Shown piece by piece: positions 1 to 9,971 of a stretch of DNA of 29,091 bases (the first letter of the stretch is position 1; every line of letters starts with the position of its first letter). The notes beneath the pieces were generated by a model, which saw only the letters and a list, made by a program, of their open reading frames with translations, searched no databases and was not told where the DNA came from. The position numbers and the translations under genes are program-made. Origin of the DNA: a virus (Duplodnaviria > Caudoviricetes); the IMG/VR virus record IMGVR_UViG_3300017784_003193, positions 1 to 29,091 of that record; one strand, given 5' to 3'.

Positions 1-11
1 CGTAAGAAACC

Positions 12-293
12 ATGAGTACAGAAAATAAGGAGATAGAGCATCTAAAAAGAACGCTGGCAGCAACAGAAACAAACTACGCTAAGTGTGGGTCAAACCTAAT
101 TGATTCTAAGCAGGAGATTGAGACATTGAAAGGCTGGAGGAAAGAAGCTGAAATTAAATTAGTCGAAGCAGGTACTGCTATTGGAACTCAAAGCGAGGAG
201 ATTATAGCCCTTAAACAGGCTTTGACTCGGATAAAAAACCACGCTACACTACCGCGCGAAGTTGAGAAGGAAATTCAACAGCTTTTAAAATAA
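12..293 (+). CDS. hypothetical coiled-coil protein
   Basis: 93-aa ORF with heptad-like EIEHLK/EIETLK/EIIALK pattern; TAATG overlap with the next gene. Confidence 0.6.
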   Translation: MSTENKEIEHLKRTLAATETNYAKCGSNLIDSKQEIETLKGWRKEAEIKLVEAGTAIGTQSEEIIALKQALTRIKNHATLPREVEKEIQQLLK

Positions 294-610
294 TGTTCAA
301 CCCACAACCTAAACCCGTTAAAGCAGAAAAGAAGCCAAAGGCCAGGATAAAACCCGTTTCAAAGGTTCACGCCAAAGAATTAAGAAGCTACTTCCAGAAG
401 CGCAAAGACTTTTTAGAGACCCACAAGGTATGCCAGGCGAAGCTAATCCGGTGTGAAGGCAAAGCGGTTGAGGTCCATCATTCAGGCGGCCGCATTGGAA
501 AACTTTTAAATGATGTATCTTTGTTTATAGCTTTGTGTAGAAGTTGCCACGATCAGATTCACAACAAGTTAGGGGCAAATGAATTAAGGGATAAAGGATT
601 AAAGAAATAG
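293..610 (+). CDS. HNH endonuclease (terminase-adjacent)
   Basis: C..C, EVHH, and ALCRSCHDQIH zinc/HNH signature; lies directly upstream of TerS. Confidence 0.8.
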   Translation: MFNPQPKPVKAEKKPKARIKPVSKVHAKELRSYFQKRKDFLETHKVCQAKLIRCEGKAVEVHHSGGRIGKLLNDVSLFIALCRSCHDQIHNKLGANELRDKGLKK

Positions 611-611
611 T

Positions 612-1004
612 ATGCCAGCGGGTAGACCTCCAATATGGGACGATCCAGAAGCCTTCAGTAAAAAGGTGGATGAGTATTTTAATACTGAGGAGTTTGTAAC
701 GTGGTCAGGCTTAGCCCTTTACTTAGGTTTTGAATCCCGTCAATCCTTAGAAGATTACAAAAGTAAACCCGAATTTTCTTACCCTATAAAAAAAGCACTT
801 TTAAGAATTGAAAATAAGTACGAAAAATCAATAGAGGGAAGGAATCCAGCAGGTGCAATTTTCGCCCTCAAGAACTTTGGTTGGAAGGATAGACAGGAGA
901 TGGATCATAAAGTAGAGGGTGATTGGAATATCTCAATGAATATAAATGGGGGCAATAAAGTACGAAAGGCCGTGGATGCCGGAATACCAGAGGAGGATAA
1001 TTGA
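612..1004 (+). CDS. terS: terminase small subunit (P22 gp3-like DNA packaging protein)
   Basis: GRPP start, T.SGLALYLGF.SRQSL.DY HTH, GAIFALKNFGWKD motif; precedes TerL. Confidence 0.85.
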   Translation: MPAGRPPIWDDPEAFSKKVDEYFNTEEFVTWSGLALYLGFESRQSLEDYKSKPEFSYPIKKALLRIENKYEKSIEGRNPAGAIFALKNFGWKDRQEMDHKVEGDWNISMNINGGNKVRKAVDAGIPEEDN

Positions 1005-2142
1005 TTCAAAGGCAAGGTTTACTATCACAGAAGCCTCCACGAAATCAGGTAAAACAACTTCCCATATCATTTGGGATTTAGAGGAAGCTATTAAGCTACA
1101 AACAGGTCAGCGGGTTTGGTGGGTTGCTCCAGTATATCAGCAGGCAGAGATCGCGTTCTCACGCATGAAGTCACAGATTACAAATCAGAATTTTTTTAAA
1201 GTAAACGAAACCAAGCTGCGGTTAACCCTTCCGACCGGATCAATCATAGAGTTTAAAAGCGCGGATAAACCAGACAACCTTTACGGGGATGATGTCTACG
1301 CGGCTGTCTTCGATGAGTTTACACGGGCAAAGGAAGCGGCATGGACAGCACTCAGAACTACCCTAACAGCCACAAAAGGTAAATGTAAGTTTATAGGAAA
1401 CGTCCGAGGTAAAAAGAACTGGGGGTATCGTTTGGGGGTTAAGGCAAAAGCCGGTGAACCAGGGTATGAATATTTTAAGATAACAGCCCAGGACGCGGTT
1501 GACGCAGGCATTTTAGAATCTGACGAAATACAACAGGCAAAAAGGGACTTACCAGAAAACGCATTTAGAGAGTTATATCTTGCCGAAGCTACCGAGGATG
1601 GCTCTAATCCTTTCGGGCATAGCTTCATTATAAAACAACTAAGGCCAATGTCAAGCGGTATTCCTGTTTGTTTTGGGGTCGACCTTGCTAAGTCAGTGGA
1701 TTGGACGGTAGTGACCGGATTAGATGCGCACGGTAATGTATGTTATTTCGATAGATGGCAGTCAGATTGGGGGCAAACAAGAAGCCGTATAATTCAAACC
1801 ATAGGATCGACCCCTGCCTACATTGACTCCACCGGAGTGGGTGACCCGATAGTAGAAGACATTCAAAGGGTATGCGGAGGAGTTGAGGGCTACCATTACA
1901 GTCAGGCAAGCAAACAAAAGTTAATGGAAGGACTGGCAAACGGAATACAGAAAGGATCGGTCGGTATATTAGATGGCATCATGAGGGACGAGATGGAAGC
2001 CTTTGAATTTGTTTATGGTAGGACTGGGGTAAAGTATTCGGCTCCCGAAGGCGTCCACGATGACACTGTTAATTCATTAGCTTTGGCATATCAAAAACTA
2101 ACCTCAGGGGTATCAGTAGGGGTAAACGCTTCATTCTATTAA
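946..2142 (+). CDS. terL: terminase large subunit
   Basis: Walker A-like ASTKSGKT, WWVAPVYQQA, Walker B AAVFDE, RNase H-like nuclease motifs GVDLAKSVDWTV, DSTGVGDP, HDD. Confidence 0.95.
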   Translation: MGAIKYERPWMPEYQRRIIDSKARFTITEASTKSGKTTSHIIWDLEEAIKLQTGQRVWWVAPVYQQAEIAFSRMKSQITNQNFFKVNETKLRLTLPTGSIIEFKSADKPDNLYGDDVYAAVFDEFTRAKEAAWTALRTTLTATKGKCKFIGNVRGKKNWGYRLGVKAKAGEPGYEYFKITAQDAVDAGILESDEIQQAKRDLPENAFRELYLAEATEDGSNPFGHSFIIKQLRPMSSGIPVCFGVDLAKSVDWTVVTGLDAHGNVCYFDRWQSDWGQTRSRIIQTIGSTPAYIDSTGVGDPIVEDIQRVCGGVEGYHYSQASKQKLMEGLANGIQKGSVGILDGIMRDEMEAFEFVYGRTGVKYSAPEGVHDDTVNSLALAYQKLTSGVSVGVNASFY

Positions 2143-2144
2143 CC

Positions 2145-2774
2145 ATGAAATTCAACATAAAACTAAACGGGGTCACAGTCTCAAAGAACATTCCCGCAAC
2201 GTGGCACGAAGTAACATGGCTACACTTCCTCAAACTATCCAAAGCAGGGGGCGATATATCCGAGATCATTTCAGTATTCACCGATATAGACGCGGCCACC
2301 ATTAAGAGCGCACAAATCAAAAACTTTGACACGCTCGTATCCTGTTTGAACTTCCTTCAAAAGCCTATGAACATAATTGTACCCTCAGTAATTCAAGGGC
2401 TACGGGTTCCGATGAACATCGAAGATGAGGCGGCAGCCCGGTACGGTGACTTGCAAGAAATAACGGAAAAGTTTAAACCTGATGACAAGACGGGCAACTT
2501 AGAATACTATCCTTTGATCGTGGCCACCTACCTAACGCCCTCACCATACAACTTCAAGGAAGCCGAACAATTAGCCGAAAGATTAAAAACAGCGTCAAGT
2601 GTGGAGGTCTTGGCAACGGGAAATTTTATCTTGACTCGCTATCAGAAAGCGAGAAGCGGCACAATGAACAACTCCCCAAAGGGGGATACGATAGCAACCA
2701 GACTGAGGCAGGCTATCCGGCACTGGCTAAATCGTTTGGGTTTTTCTATACTTTACATTTTCTGGAAGAAATGA
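2145..2774 (+). CDS. tail assembly chaperone (gpG-like, zero-frame product)
   Basis: N-terminal IPATWHEVTW..FL motif typical of such chaperones; contains an in-phase slippery site at 2618-2627. Confidence 0.65.
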   Translation: MKFNIKLNGVTVSKNIPATWHEVTWLHFLKLSKAGGDISEIISVFTDIDAATIKSAQIKNFDTLVSCLNFLQKPMNIIVPSVIQGLRVPMNIEDEAAARYGDLQEITEKFKPDDKTGNLEYYPLIVATYLTPSPYNFKEAEQLAERLKTASSVEVLATGNFILTRYQKARSGTMNNSPKGDTIATRLRQAIRHWLNRLGFSILYIFWKK

Positions 2775-2899
2775 CACCATTCACGCGGGTGCAGCTTTTG
2801 GATTGGTCCATAGCGGAGTTTAAGTTTGAGTTAAGGTATTGGGCGTGGAAGAACCATACGGACAAAAAGTATCAGGATATTCTAAATCGTAAAAAATAA
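2618..2899 (+). other. programmed -1 frameshift site and extension ORF (gpGT-like)
   Basis: G GGA AAT TTT gives two overlapping X XXY YYZ heptamers in the correct phase; the -1 frame is open to TAA at 2897-2899 (FYLDSLSESEKRHNEQLP...KSFGFFYTLHFLEEMTPFTRVQLLDWSIAEFKFELRYWAWKNHTDKKYQDILNRKK) and fills the gap before 2913. Confidence 0.8.
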
Positions 2900-2900
2900 T

Positions 2901-2908
2901 TACCTTTA
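2901..2908 (+). promoter_or_regulatory. possible Bacteroidota -7 box variant (TACCTTTA), 4 nt before the ATG at 2913
   Basis: one mismatch to TAnnTTTG; same spacing to the start codon as at 10246 and 22436. Confidence 0.4.
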
Positions 2909-2912
2909 CTTT

Positions 2913-3359
2913 ATGAAAAGAGCCGAAGTAAGAACATTTCTTGAAACAGGCGTAAACGCTCTCACCCCTGCGGTAGAGTTTGGCTCAGGACTGATAACAG
3001 ACTTTAACTCTATTCGCAACCATCAATATCCTGCGGTATGGCAAAACATTAAACCCGTTACGGTAGACATAGGCGATTCAGGAACGAGCGCACCCCTTGA
3101 CAGTTGGGAGATAGAATTGACCATAGGCCAGAAGGACGCACCGGATTCAGTAAGCGAAAAGTATGAGGACATTATAGATCACTGTGACGAGATAGCCCAA
3201 AAGCTTACTTACAAATATCGTAACATTGTAAGCGGCTATAAGTTAGTAACATTGACAGACTTTAGCCGGACACCCTTTGTAAAAAAATTCGCTGACTGTA
3301 TCACAGGCGTTAGACTTTCTTTTACTATTGTAGCTCAAGATAAAACAAACGTATGCTAA
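2913..3359 (+). CDS. putative tail terminator / tail completion protein
   Basis: 148 aa, YPAVW motif, C-terminal GVRLSFTI beta strand; structural-module context. Confidence 0.55.
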   Translation: MKRAEVRTFLETGVNALTPAVEFGSGLITDFNSIRNHQYPAVWQNIKPVTVDIGDSGTSAPLDSWEIELTIGQKDAPDSVSEKYEDIIDHCDEIAQKLTYKYRNIVSGYKLVTLTDFSRTPFVKKFADCITGVRLSFTIVAQDKTNVC

Positions 3360-3817
3360 CCGAGGTATTAGATCAGCAGGGAAAGTTAGGCGTTGAAATG
3401 ATACGGTCGGCAGTGTCGAAGTATTCAGCTACCAATAAAACCGCTGACTCTATACGCTACGAATCAAACGACACTAAGCTACAAATCTTTGGGCGTGCCT
3501 TCATTGAAGGGATGGAGACCGGACGCGGTCCGCGTAAGTCCTCAACAGATGGAGGGTTTAAAGACGAGATGTTGGAGTACATGAAAGCCCGTGGCATAGG
3601 CTCGGACCTGGACGCAAAGAAGCGCGCCAACTTAGCAAAGTTTTTAGTTTTGAAGATCAACCGCGAAGGGGATAGGCTATATAAGGCAGGTGGAGGCAGG
3701 GATGTTTATTCGTCCGCGCTATCTGAGTTTATAGAACAGCTCATTGCAGCGGTTACCAAACAACAGTTTAAGGAAATGCAGGAGAAAGTAACCGCCTCTT
3801 TAAAGGGCATAAGCTAA
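3353..3817 (+). CDS. putative neck / tail completion protein (HK97 gp10-like)
   Basis: ATNKTADSI, METGRGP, and KINREG motifs typical of phage virion morphogenesis proteins. Confidence 0.55.
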   Translation: MLTEVLDQQGKLGVEMIRSAVSKYSATNKTADSIRYESNDTKLQIFGRAFIEGMETGRGPRKSSTDGGFKDEMLEYMKARGIGSDLDAKKRANLAKFLVLKINREGDRLYKAGGGRDVYSSALSEFIEQLIAAVTKQQFKEMQEKVTASLKGIS

Positions 3818-5511
3818 TGGCACTATCAGCAGTAAAGAGTCCGCAGGGTTTTATAGTAGGAACAACAAGTTCCACCGGAACTTACACAAAAGGTAGTTCG
3901 GTAATTACCAAGGCAGCCCACGGACTTATAACAGGGGCTACAATTTACGTCACAGCAAACGAGGCGATAGGATTCTGGTATGTTACGCCACTTACAGTAG
4001 ACACTTTTAATATTAGGGAATATGCGGGCGCTACTGTTTATACGTTTGTTGGAAGTGGAACTTTTAGCTTTTATGCTTCCGTAAACAATGCAGGACATAG
4101 TTGGAACTGCGTGCACCTTCCAATAGTTTATAAATTACTATCAACCGCATGGCCTACAAATTCGATCGACACAGCCCGCACGGTTTCAAGTTACACAAAC
4201 AGTAACGGGTATGTAAAGCTAACTTGCTCAGGGGTTTTGAACGCGGATATTTCGGAACTTGAGTTTGTGAAAATCGTATTTACAGGAGGTGAGGAGAATA
4301 TATATCAGGTTATCGAGTGGTACTCGACTTCAATCGTGACTATCAATCTTCAATACACCGGAGGAATTACATTTGTTTCAGTCCAATATTACTACAACAA
4401 TTACCACGCTATTATCAAGGTTTACGCGGGGCTTTCCTCAACTCATTATTTTGGGGATCAGAAACCCTATACACTGGTAACCACTCAGAGGGTCGTGCCG
4501 GATTCAGACGGAATCTGCGAACTAAACATAAACGAGTTTCTAAAGGAAAAGATTGAAATCTTAAACAACGATCTTTTAAAAGGAACTTTGCAAAACAACC
4601 TTGATGCCTTTTGTCAGTTTTATATTACCTACGCGGAGGCATACGACTATTCTACGGGGGGTTATACTTTGGCGGATTACGTGGGCAGTTACACAAGTGG
4701 AGATTCTACCGTAGGTTACGCAGTCAACGCGGAATTGCCTTTTAAAAATCTACACTCAGGATATTTGAGCGACTATATTTACGGGTCGAGTGCTACAAAG
4801 CTAAAGTTTTTAACTCCATCACTTTACCCTGAGATTACACCAAGTCAGTTCTTTGATATTTCCTTTGTGAACCAGATCGGGGCACTGCTAAGAATCAGAA
4901 GGGAATGTTTACAGGGCGGGGTGATTGTTAAGACTTTTATAGATGCTATCAACGATTACGGGATAGGTATTTATAGATATGAACTAGCCCAAAGCATTTA
5001 CCTGGAGGACACGATTTATCTGACTTTAGAATTTTACGATTACGTTAGCTGGGTGCCAATCTCAGAAACTAAATCCATAACCGTTAACGAGGAGTGCGGC
5101 AACCAAATAAACCTATCTTGGTTAAACCATTTAGGCGGGTTTGACTATTGGACATTCAAAAGCGATTCTGATTACGGGGTGAACATAGAGGGAACGAAGG
5201 TGGTAAAGAAAAATATTTACACCGAATGGCCTAAGTCTTACGGGGCGGGGGCTGACAGCATTATGAGGCAGACGCAAAGGATAAGCAGAAAGAATATAAC
5301 GGTGCGGGCGGAAAACCTTAGCGAAAATCAGATCGAAGATTTGTATAGGATCAGGACTTCGCCTTTGGTACAGATCGTAAACAGTAGGACGGATAGGCGG
5401 ACGGTGATAGTTGACGGGGGCTCTTTCGTGTACCTTCAGGAGGGCGAGAAGATGTTTAATCTTGAGTTTAATATTAGTTTAACCGATAATTTACCAAGTC
5501 AATCATTATGA
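3817..5511 (+). CDS. tail structural protein (distal tail / baseplate-like, with beta-rich inserted domains)
   Basis: 564 aa, T/S/Y-rich; C-terminal WLNHLGGFDYWTF and SPLVQ motifs typical of Bacteroidota phage tail proteins. Confidence 0.6.
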   Translation: MALSAVKSPQGFIVGTTSSTGTYTKGSSVITKAAHGLITGATIYVTANEAIGFWYVTPLTVDTFNIREYAGATVYTFVGSGTFSFYASVNNAGHSWNCVHLPIVYKLLSTAWPTNSIDTARTVSSYTNSNGYVKLTCSGVLNADISELEFVKIVFTGGEENIYQVIEWYSTSIVTINLQYTGGITFVSVQYYYNNYHAIIKVYAGLSSTHYFGDQKPYTLVTTQRVVPDSDGICELNINEFLKEKIEILNNDLLKGTLQNNLDAFCQFYITYAEAYDYSTGGYTLADYVGSYTSGDSTVGYAVNAELPFKNLHSGYLSDYIYGSSATKLKFLTPSLYPEITPSQFFDISFVNQIGALLRIRRECLQGGVIVKTFIDAINDYGIGIYRYELAQSIYLEDTIYLTLEFYDYVSWVPISETKSITVNEECGNQINLSWLNHLGGFDYWTFKSDSDYGVNIEGTKVVKKNIYTEWPKSYGAGADSIMRQTQRISRKNITVRAENLSENQIEDLYRIRTSPLVQIVNSRTDRRTVIVDGGSFVYLQEGEKMFNLEFNISLTDNLPSQSL

Positions 5512-5765
5512 AAAAGTACACACTTGCAATTTTTATTCTCATGGTCCTGATTGTGTTTTTGTTGGCTACGGCCAAAGCACAACCGGGCGATCCGGGGGGT
5601 GATCCTGATAAGGACACAGTGAAAGTATCAAAGCCCAAACTTAGTTTTGCGATTGCCAATATAAAAAAGCAAAAGCCAAAGAGAACCTTTAAAAGGAAGA
5701 TAATTCTATTTAGTGCTTTCACGGTTACGGCTATACTCTTAACAAAGAAGGAAGAAAAGGAATGA
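5508..5765 (+). CDS. small exported membrane protein (signal peptide plus C-terminal TM helix)
   Basis: MKKY + hydrophobic stretch + AKA|Q, then QPGDPGGDPD, then C-terminal IILFSAFTVTAILLT followed by KK; ATGA overlaps at both ends. Confidence 0.65.
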   Translation: MKKYTLAIFILMVLIVFLLATAKAQPGDPGGDPDKDTVKVSKPKLSFAIANIKKQKPKRTFKRKIILFSAFTVTAILLTKKEEKE

Positions 5766-7897
5766 CATTTCAGGATGACAACGGCAACGAGTTAGAAGTT
5801 ATGGGCGCAATCGCCATGACTAAACAGGCCGTGTCTTTCTTCAATGGTTCGATCAGGGGTGACGTATCGACTAACTTTTCAGTAGATAACAATTCAGAAA
5901 ACCGCGAAGTTTTAGGCTACTATGGTCCGCAGATGACTAGTCAGGTCGCATGGACAAAGCAAGCTTTCAGCCGTGTCCGTAATGGCAACGTTTTAGATCG
6001 TGGTTACATAGTTATCCAATCAGAAACCGAGGATTCATTAAGTTGCTTCTATGTTTCGGGTAATAGCAATTGGGTGCAGTTGCTTAACGGGCTTATAACT
6101 GAGTTAGATTATACGGGTGTTACTAACGGGACGGATTACGGTGTAATATTTTCTTCGGCCAGTATTATATCCTTAAGATCAGCAACCGACAAAACTATTT
6201 TTCCTATGATTGATTGGGGATACGATCTTAACAAAGGGAATAACGTTCACTTTATGATAGCGGGCACCATATATGGCGAACCCGTAATAGACTTTTACCC
6301 TTGTTTTTACCTTAGCACACTAATAAATGAAGTAATGAGCCAGAGCGGGATAAAGATTTCTGGCAATATTTTAAATGATCCTATTTATAAATCATTAATC
6401 GTAACCCCCACAAACGGCCAAATAAAAAGGTCAACCGAATATAATATTACGGCCTTTGGTGCTGATCAGGTTATAACTGGTAGTTTAGTAAAATATAATT
6501 CATTTACCTCTGAAATAGACCCAAACAATCGGTTTAGTTCGTCATCATTTACGTCCAGTGATAATCAGATGATAAGACTTAAGCTTTCAGATTTACTATC
6601 AGTAGGAAGTAATACTTATCTTTATAAGAACGGTGCGCAGATTGAGGAGTTTGGGTCAGGGCCTGGTATAATACGTTTTGATGTTTTTAATAAAGTTCTT
6701 TTAAGTAGAGGTGATGTATTAGAAATATATACAGACACGGTCGCAACCGTAAGATTCAATCTTTATATAGAACAGATCAGCGCTGTTGACATTGGTGATT
6801 ATGTGTATCCTAATTTTTATTTACCCTCATTAAAATCCTTAGATATATTAAAATTCTGCATTAACTATTTCGGATGCGCCACTTACTACAATGAATACTC
6901 AATGGCGGTTACCTGTAATATTATAGAAAAGATAAAGACAGAAGACGCGGAAGATTGGTCTGAGTACTTTGTCAGTAGTCGACAAGAGTACACAGTTAAT
7001 CAGGCTAAAAATAATTACCTAAGATTAGCATCGAATACAACTGACAGTAAAATAGTTGCATATAATAACGATCACAAATTAAAGTTTGGAGAGGGTAATC
7101 TTGAGACAGCAAACACTCTAAAAAATGAAAACGAAATATTTAGAACGCCCTTTGCAGCTTCTATTTCTGGAGCATCGACCAATGGTGAATTTTCGCCTAA
7201 CATACCATTGGTTAATTTGGTTGATGGCGATCTGAGTACATTCACATCAATCACTAATCTAACGGCTGGGAGGTCACAGTTTAACGGGGTAGTCGGTAGC
7301 TACATTTACACAGGTACCATATTTAGACTAAGTAACGGTACAGATGATTTAGGATACTTTGTAGTTGAGATAGGAGGAACAACTTCATTTACTGCCGTCT
7401 ATACATTTACCGCTACATTTGCAGGAACCATTTGGAGGCAGCAAGTAAATTACAATACAATCACCCCGCGCATTTTATCGGTTAAGCCAAATACCAACAT
7501 AGCCGATTTTTCATCACTGACTGCTTTTAAGCTCACGGATAGTGTTATTTCAATAGGCGGAGACTACACTACAATTCCATACGCTACATTTACAAAACCA
7601 GTAATTAGTGACGGCATAGACCAATGGAAAAACAACCTTGCAATAGATAACCCTGACAGCGGAGGATACACCGACCCCACAATAAAGGAACTATACTTCA
7701 ACAAGATTTCACGGTTCCTCCAAAATCCAAACATACGGGCTACCTTTATTTTACCGGAAGCGGTTTACCAGAGATTTCAATTCGATCAGTTCATATATTT
7801 GAAAACAGAAAGGTTGACGGGTTACTTTTTTGTCGATTCAATTGTTAATTACGTTGATAGTAATACACCAGTAGAAGTAAATCTTTATATGTTATGA
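5762..7897 (+). CDS. tail protein (baseplate hub / tail tip-like)
   Basis: 711 aa; S.NF..DNNSEN N-terminus, FPMIDWG, DWSEY motifs; adjacent to the tape measure gene. Confidence 0.6.
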   Translation: MTFQDDNGNELEVMGAIAMTKQAVSFFNGSIRGDVSTNFSVDNNSENREVLGYYGPQMTSQVAWTKQAFSRVRNGNVLDRGYIVIQSETEDSLSCFYVSGNSNWVQLLNGLITELDYTGVTNGTDYGVIFSSASIISLRSATDKTIFPMIDWGYDLNKGNNVHFMIAGTIYGEPVIDFYPCFYLSTLINEVMSQSGIKISGNILNDPIYKSLIVTPTNGQIKRSTEYNITAFGADQVITGSLVKYNSFTSEIDPNNRFSSSSFTSSDNQMIRLKLSDLLSVGSNTYLYKNGAQIEEFGSGPGIIRFDVFNKVLLSRGDVLEIYTDTVATVRFNLYIEQISAVDIGDYVYPNFYLPSLKSLDILKFCINYFGCATYYNEYSMAVTCNIIEKIKTEDAEDWSEYFVSSRQEYTVNQAKNNYLRLASNTTDSKIVAYNNDHKLKFGEGNLETANTLKNENEIFRTPFAASISGASTNGEFSPNIPLVNLVDGDLSTFTSITNLTAGRSQFNGVVGSYIYTGTIFRLSNGTDDLGYFVVEIGGTTSFTAVYTFTATFAGTIWRQQVNYNTITPRILSVKPNTNIADFSSLTAFKLTDSVISIGGDYTTIPYATFTKPVISDGIDQWKNNLAIDNPDSGGYTDPTIKELYFNKISRFLQNPNIRATFILPEAVYQRFQFDQFIYLKTERLTGYFFVDSIVNYVDSNTPVEVNLYML

Positions 7898-7962
7898 CAA
7901 ATCCAATAGTTGAGTATTGGTTTAAACCGATACTCAGATGGCAGAAAAGAAAGAGACAATAA
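7894..7962 (+). CDS. possible 22-aa micro-ORF (MTNPIVEYWFKPILRWQKRKRQ)
   Basis: ATG overlaps the TGA of the preceding gene (ATGA) and the ORF spans the gap into the tape measure start. Confidence 0.3.
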   Translation: MTNPIVEYWFKPILRWQKRKRQ

Positions 7963-9971
7963 TTTTAGACTTCGAAGTAGATTCCGCAGACGCGGTCGTT
8001 TCGATTGAGAACCTTACCAAAGCCAACGCGGCATTAAGAGCCGAGCGTAAGAAGGTCGACCTATCTACTGAGGAAGGGATCAAGCGCGTCAAGGACATTA
8101 ACAAAGCCTTAGACCAGAACAACGAAACGATAAAAAACAACTCCTCCACCCTGGAGAAGAACCGTTTAAACGTTGGTAACTACACCGAGTCAATCAAGGC
8201 AGCCGTTCCGGCATTGGACAAATTTACTGGCGGTCTTTATTCAAGCGCAAAGGGATTTGTTGACATGGCTAAAGGGGCACTGGCTTTCATTGCTACACCA
8301 ATCGGGGCGGTCATTGCAGCCATAGGGTTAGCCATTGGAGCGTTAACCGCTTACTTCAAAGGATCTGAGGAGGGGCAGGACAAACTTGCTAAGGTCATGG
8401 CGGTTGGTAAAGTCGTTTGGGAAGGCTTTATGGTTGCCGTTGAAAAGGTTGGTGAGGTGATCTTTGCCGTTGGCGAGGCGATCTTTTCAGCAGGGGATAA
8501 ACTATTATCTTTCTTTTCCAAGTCCGCCGGCGGGGCGGTGGATGCCGTTGTAAAGACAGCAAACAGGATTTCGGACCTACAAGATAAGATCGAATCAGAC
8601 GATAATAAATTCACAGTTAAGCGGGCGGAGGTCAACAAAAAAGTTGCAAGGCTTCGCGAAGATGCAATAAAGTTAGAGGGGGCCGCAAAGAAAAGAGTAA
8701 TTGAAGAAGCGATCGCATTAGAACAAGGACTTGCGGACGAGGAAGCTAAACACGCTCAGGATAAACTTGACCTAATTACTTTAGAGATCGCGGCAAGCGG
8801 TAACGCTACCGAGGAGCAAAAGAAACAACGTGCGGACGCAACGGCAGACGTAATTAATAAACTGGCTCAAAGTTCTGAGGCAACTCTTAAATTTCAGAAG
8901 CAGTTAGAATCTTTGAACGAAGCCGAGATCAAAGCACAACAAAAGGCGGCAGATGAAAAGAAGAAAGCCGAGGCCGAAAAACAACTGGCTTTTGAAACCA
9001 CTTTCAACAAAGAGCAGGACGCAATTTTAAAAGCTGAGGTTCTCAGAGCAGAGGCGCATGTAAAAGAATTAAAACGTATTGAGGCCGAGAAGGAAGCGCA
9101 GGAAAAGAAAGTTACTGCGGCAATGGACGGGCTAGTAAAGCATGGTGACGCTATAACAGCAGCGGCAGACAAAGCAAGGGAGCAAGCGATTATAGATGAT
9201 GAGGCCGCAAAAAAGAGAAGGGATGACGCTATAAACCTTGCAAGCGAGACGGCCAACGGAATCACTAACGTAATAATGGGATTCTACAAAGTAAAAGAAA
9301 ACCAGCTAGCTGTAAACCTTGCCAATGAAAAAACAGCATTACAAACTCAATACGCCTCAGATGTAGCCGAACTAGAAGAGAAGTTTAAGAAAGGTGAAAT
9401 ATCAAAAGAGCAGTACGACAAAGATATTTTAGGTTTAAATGCCACCTACCAGGCGTCTGTCAAGACGGCCGAAATAGAACAGGCTAAAGCGTTAAACACA
9501 ATAAAAGAAAAGGAATTCAAAGCCAACAAAGCCAATCAATTAATTCAGGCAGGGGTCGACATGGCTCAAGCTATATTAAGTGTTTTTGCTTTAACCAAAG
9601 GCGGACCAATAATAAAAGGCATTGCAGCGGTAGCCGCTGGAGTATTTGCGGCAGCACAGATAGCGATTATAGCCGCCTCTAAATTCGTCCCCACTACTTT
9701 TAGAACAGGAGGGTACACCGGAGACGGCAACCCCGATGAGCTAGCCGGATCGGTTCATAAATCAGAGTTCGTAATGCCCGCATCAGTGGTATCGCGTTAC
9801 GGCAAAGATCACTTTCAATCTTACATGGACGGCAGCATAGTAGCCAACGGGTCAACTCAAAACATGGCATCACAGGCGTCAATGAGTCAAGCCCCTGTTT
9901 ACTTAAATTATACCGAGTTCAAAAGGTTTATGAATGAAGTCCAACTTAAAGAATCAATCGTAAGCGCATGA
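7938..9971 (+). CDS. tail tape measure protein
   Basis: 677 aa helical A/K/E-rich; RLNVGNY and PIGAVIAAIG motifs; C-terminal F.TGGYTG...AG.VHKSEFV motif. Confidence 0.85.
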   Translation: MAEKKETIILDFEVDSADAVVSIENLTKANAALRAERKKVDLSTEEGIKRVKDINKALDQNNETIKNNSSTLEKNRLNVGNYTESIKAAVPALDKFTGGLYSSAKGFVDMAKGALAFIATPIGAVIAAIGLAIGALTAYFKGSEEGQDKLAKVMAVGKVVWEGFMVAVEKVGEVIFAVGEAIFSAGDKLLSFFSKSAGGAVDAVVKTANRISDLQDKIESDDNKFTVKRAEVNKKVARLREDAIKLEGAAKKRVIEEAIALEQGLADEEAKHAQDKLDLITLEIAASGNATEEQKKQRADATADVINKLAQSSEATLKFQKQLESLNEAEIKAQQKAADEKKKAEAEKQLAFETTFNKEQDAILKAEVLRAEAHVKELKRIEAEKEAQEKKVTAAMDGLVKHGDAITAAADKAREQAIIDDEAAKKRRDDAINLASETANGITNVIMGFYKVKENQLAVNLANEKTALQTQYASDVAELEEKFKKGEISKEQYDKDILGLNATYQASVKTAEIEQAKALNTIKEKEFKANKANQLIQAGVDMAQAILSVFALTKGGPIIKGIAAVAAGVFAAAQIAIIAASKFVPTTFRTGGYTGDGNPDELAGSVHKSEFVMPASVVSRYGKDHFQSYMDGSIVANGSTQNMASQASMSQAPVYLNYTEFKRFMNEVQLKESIVSA

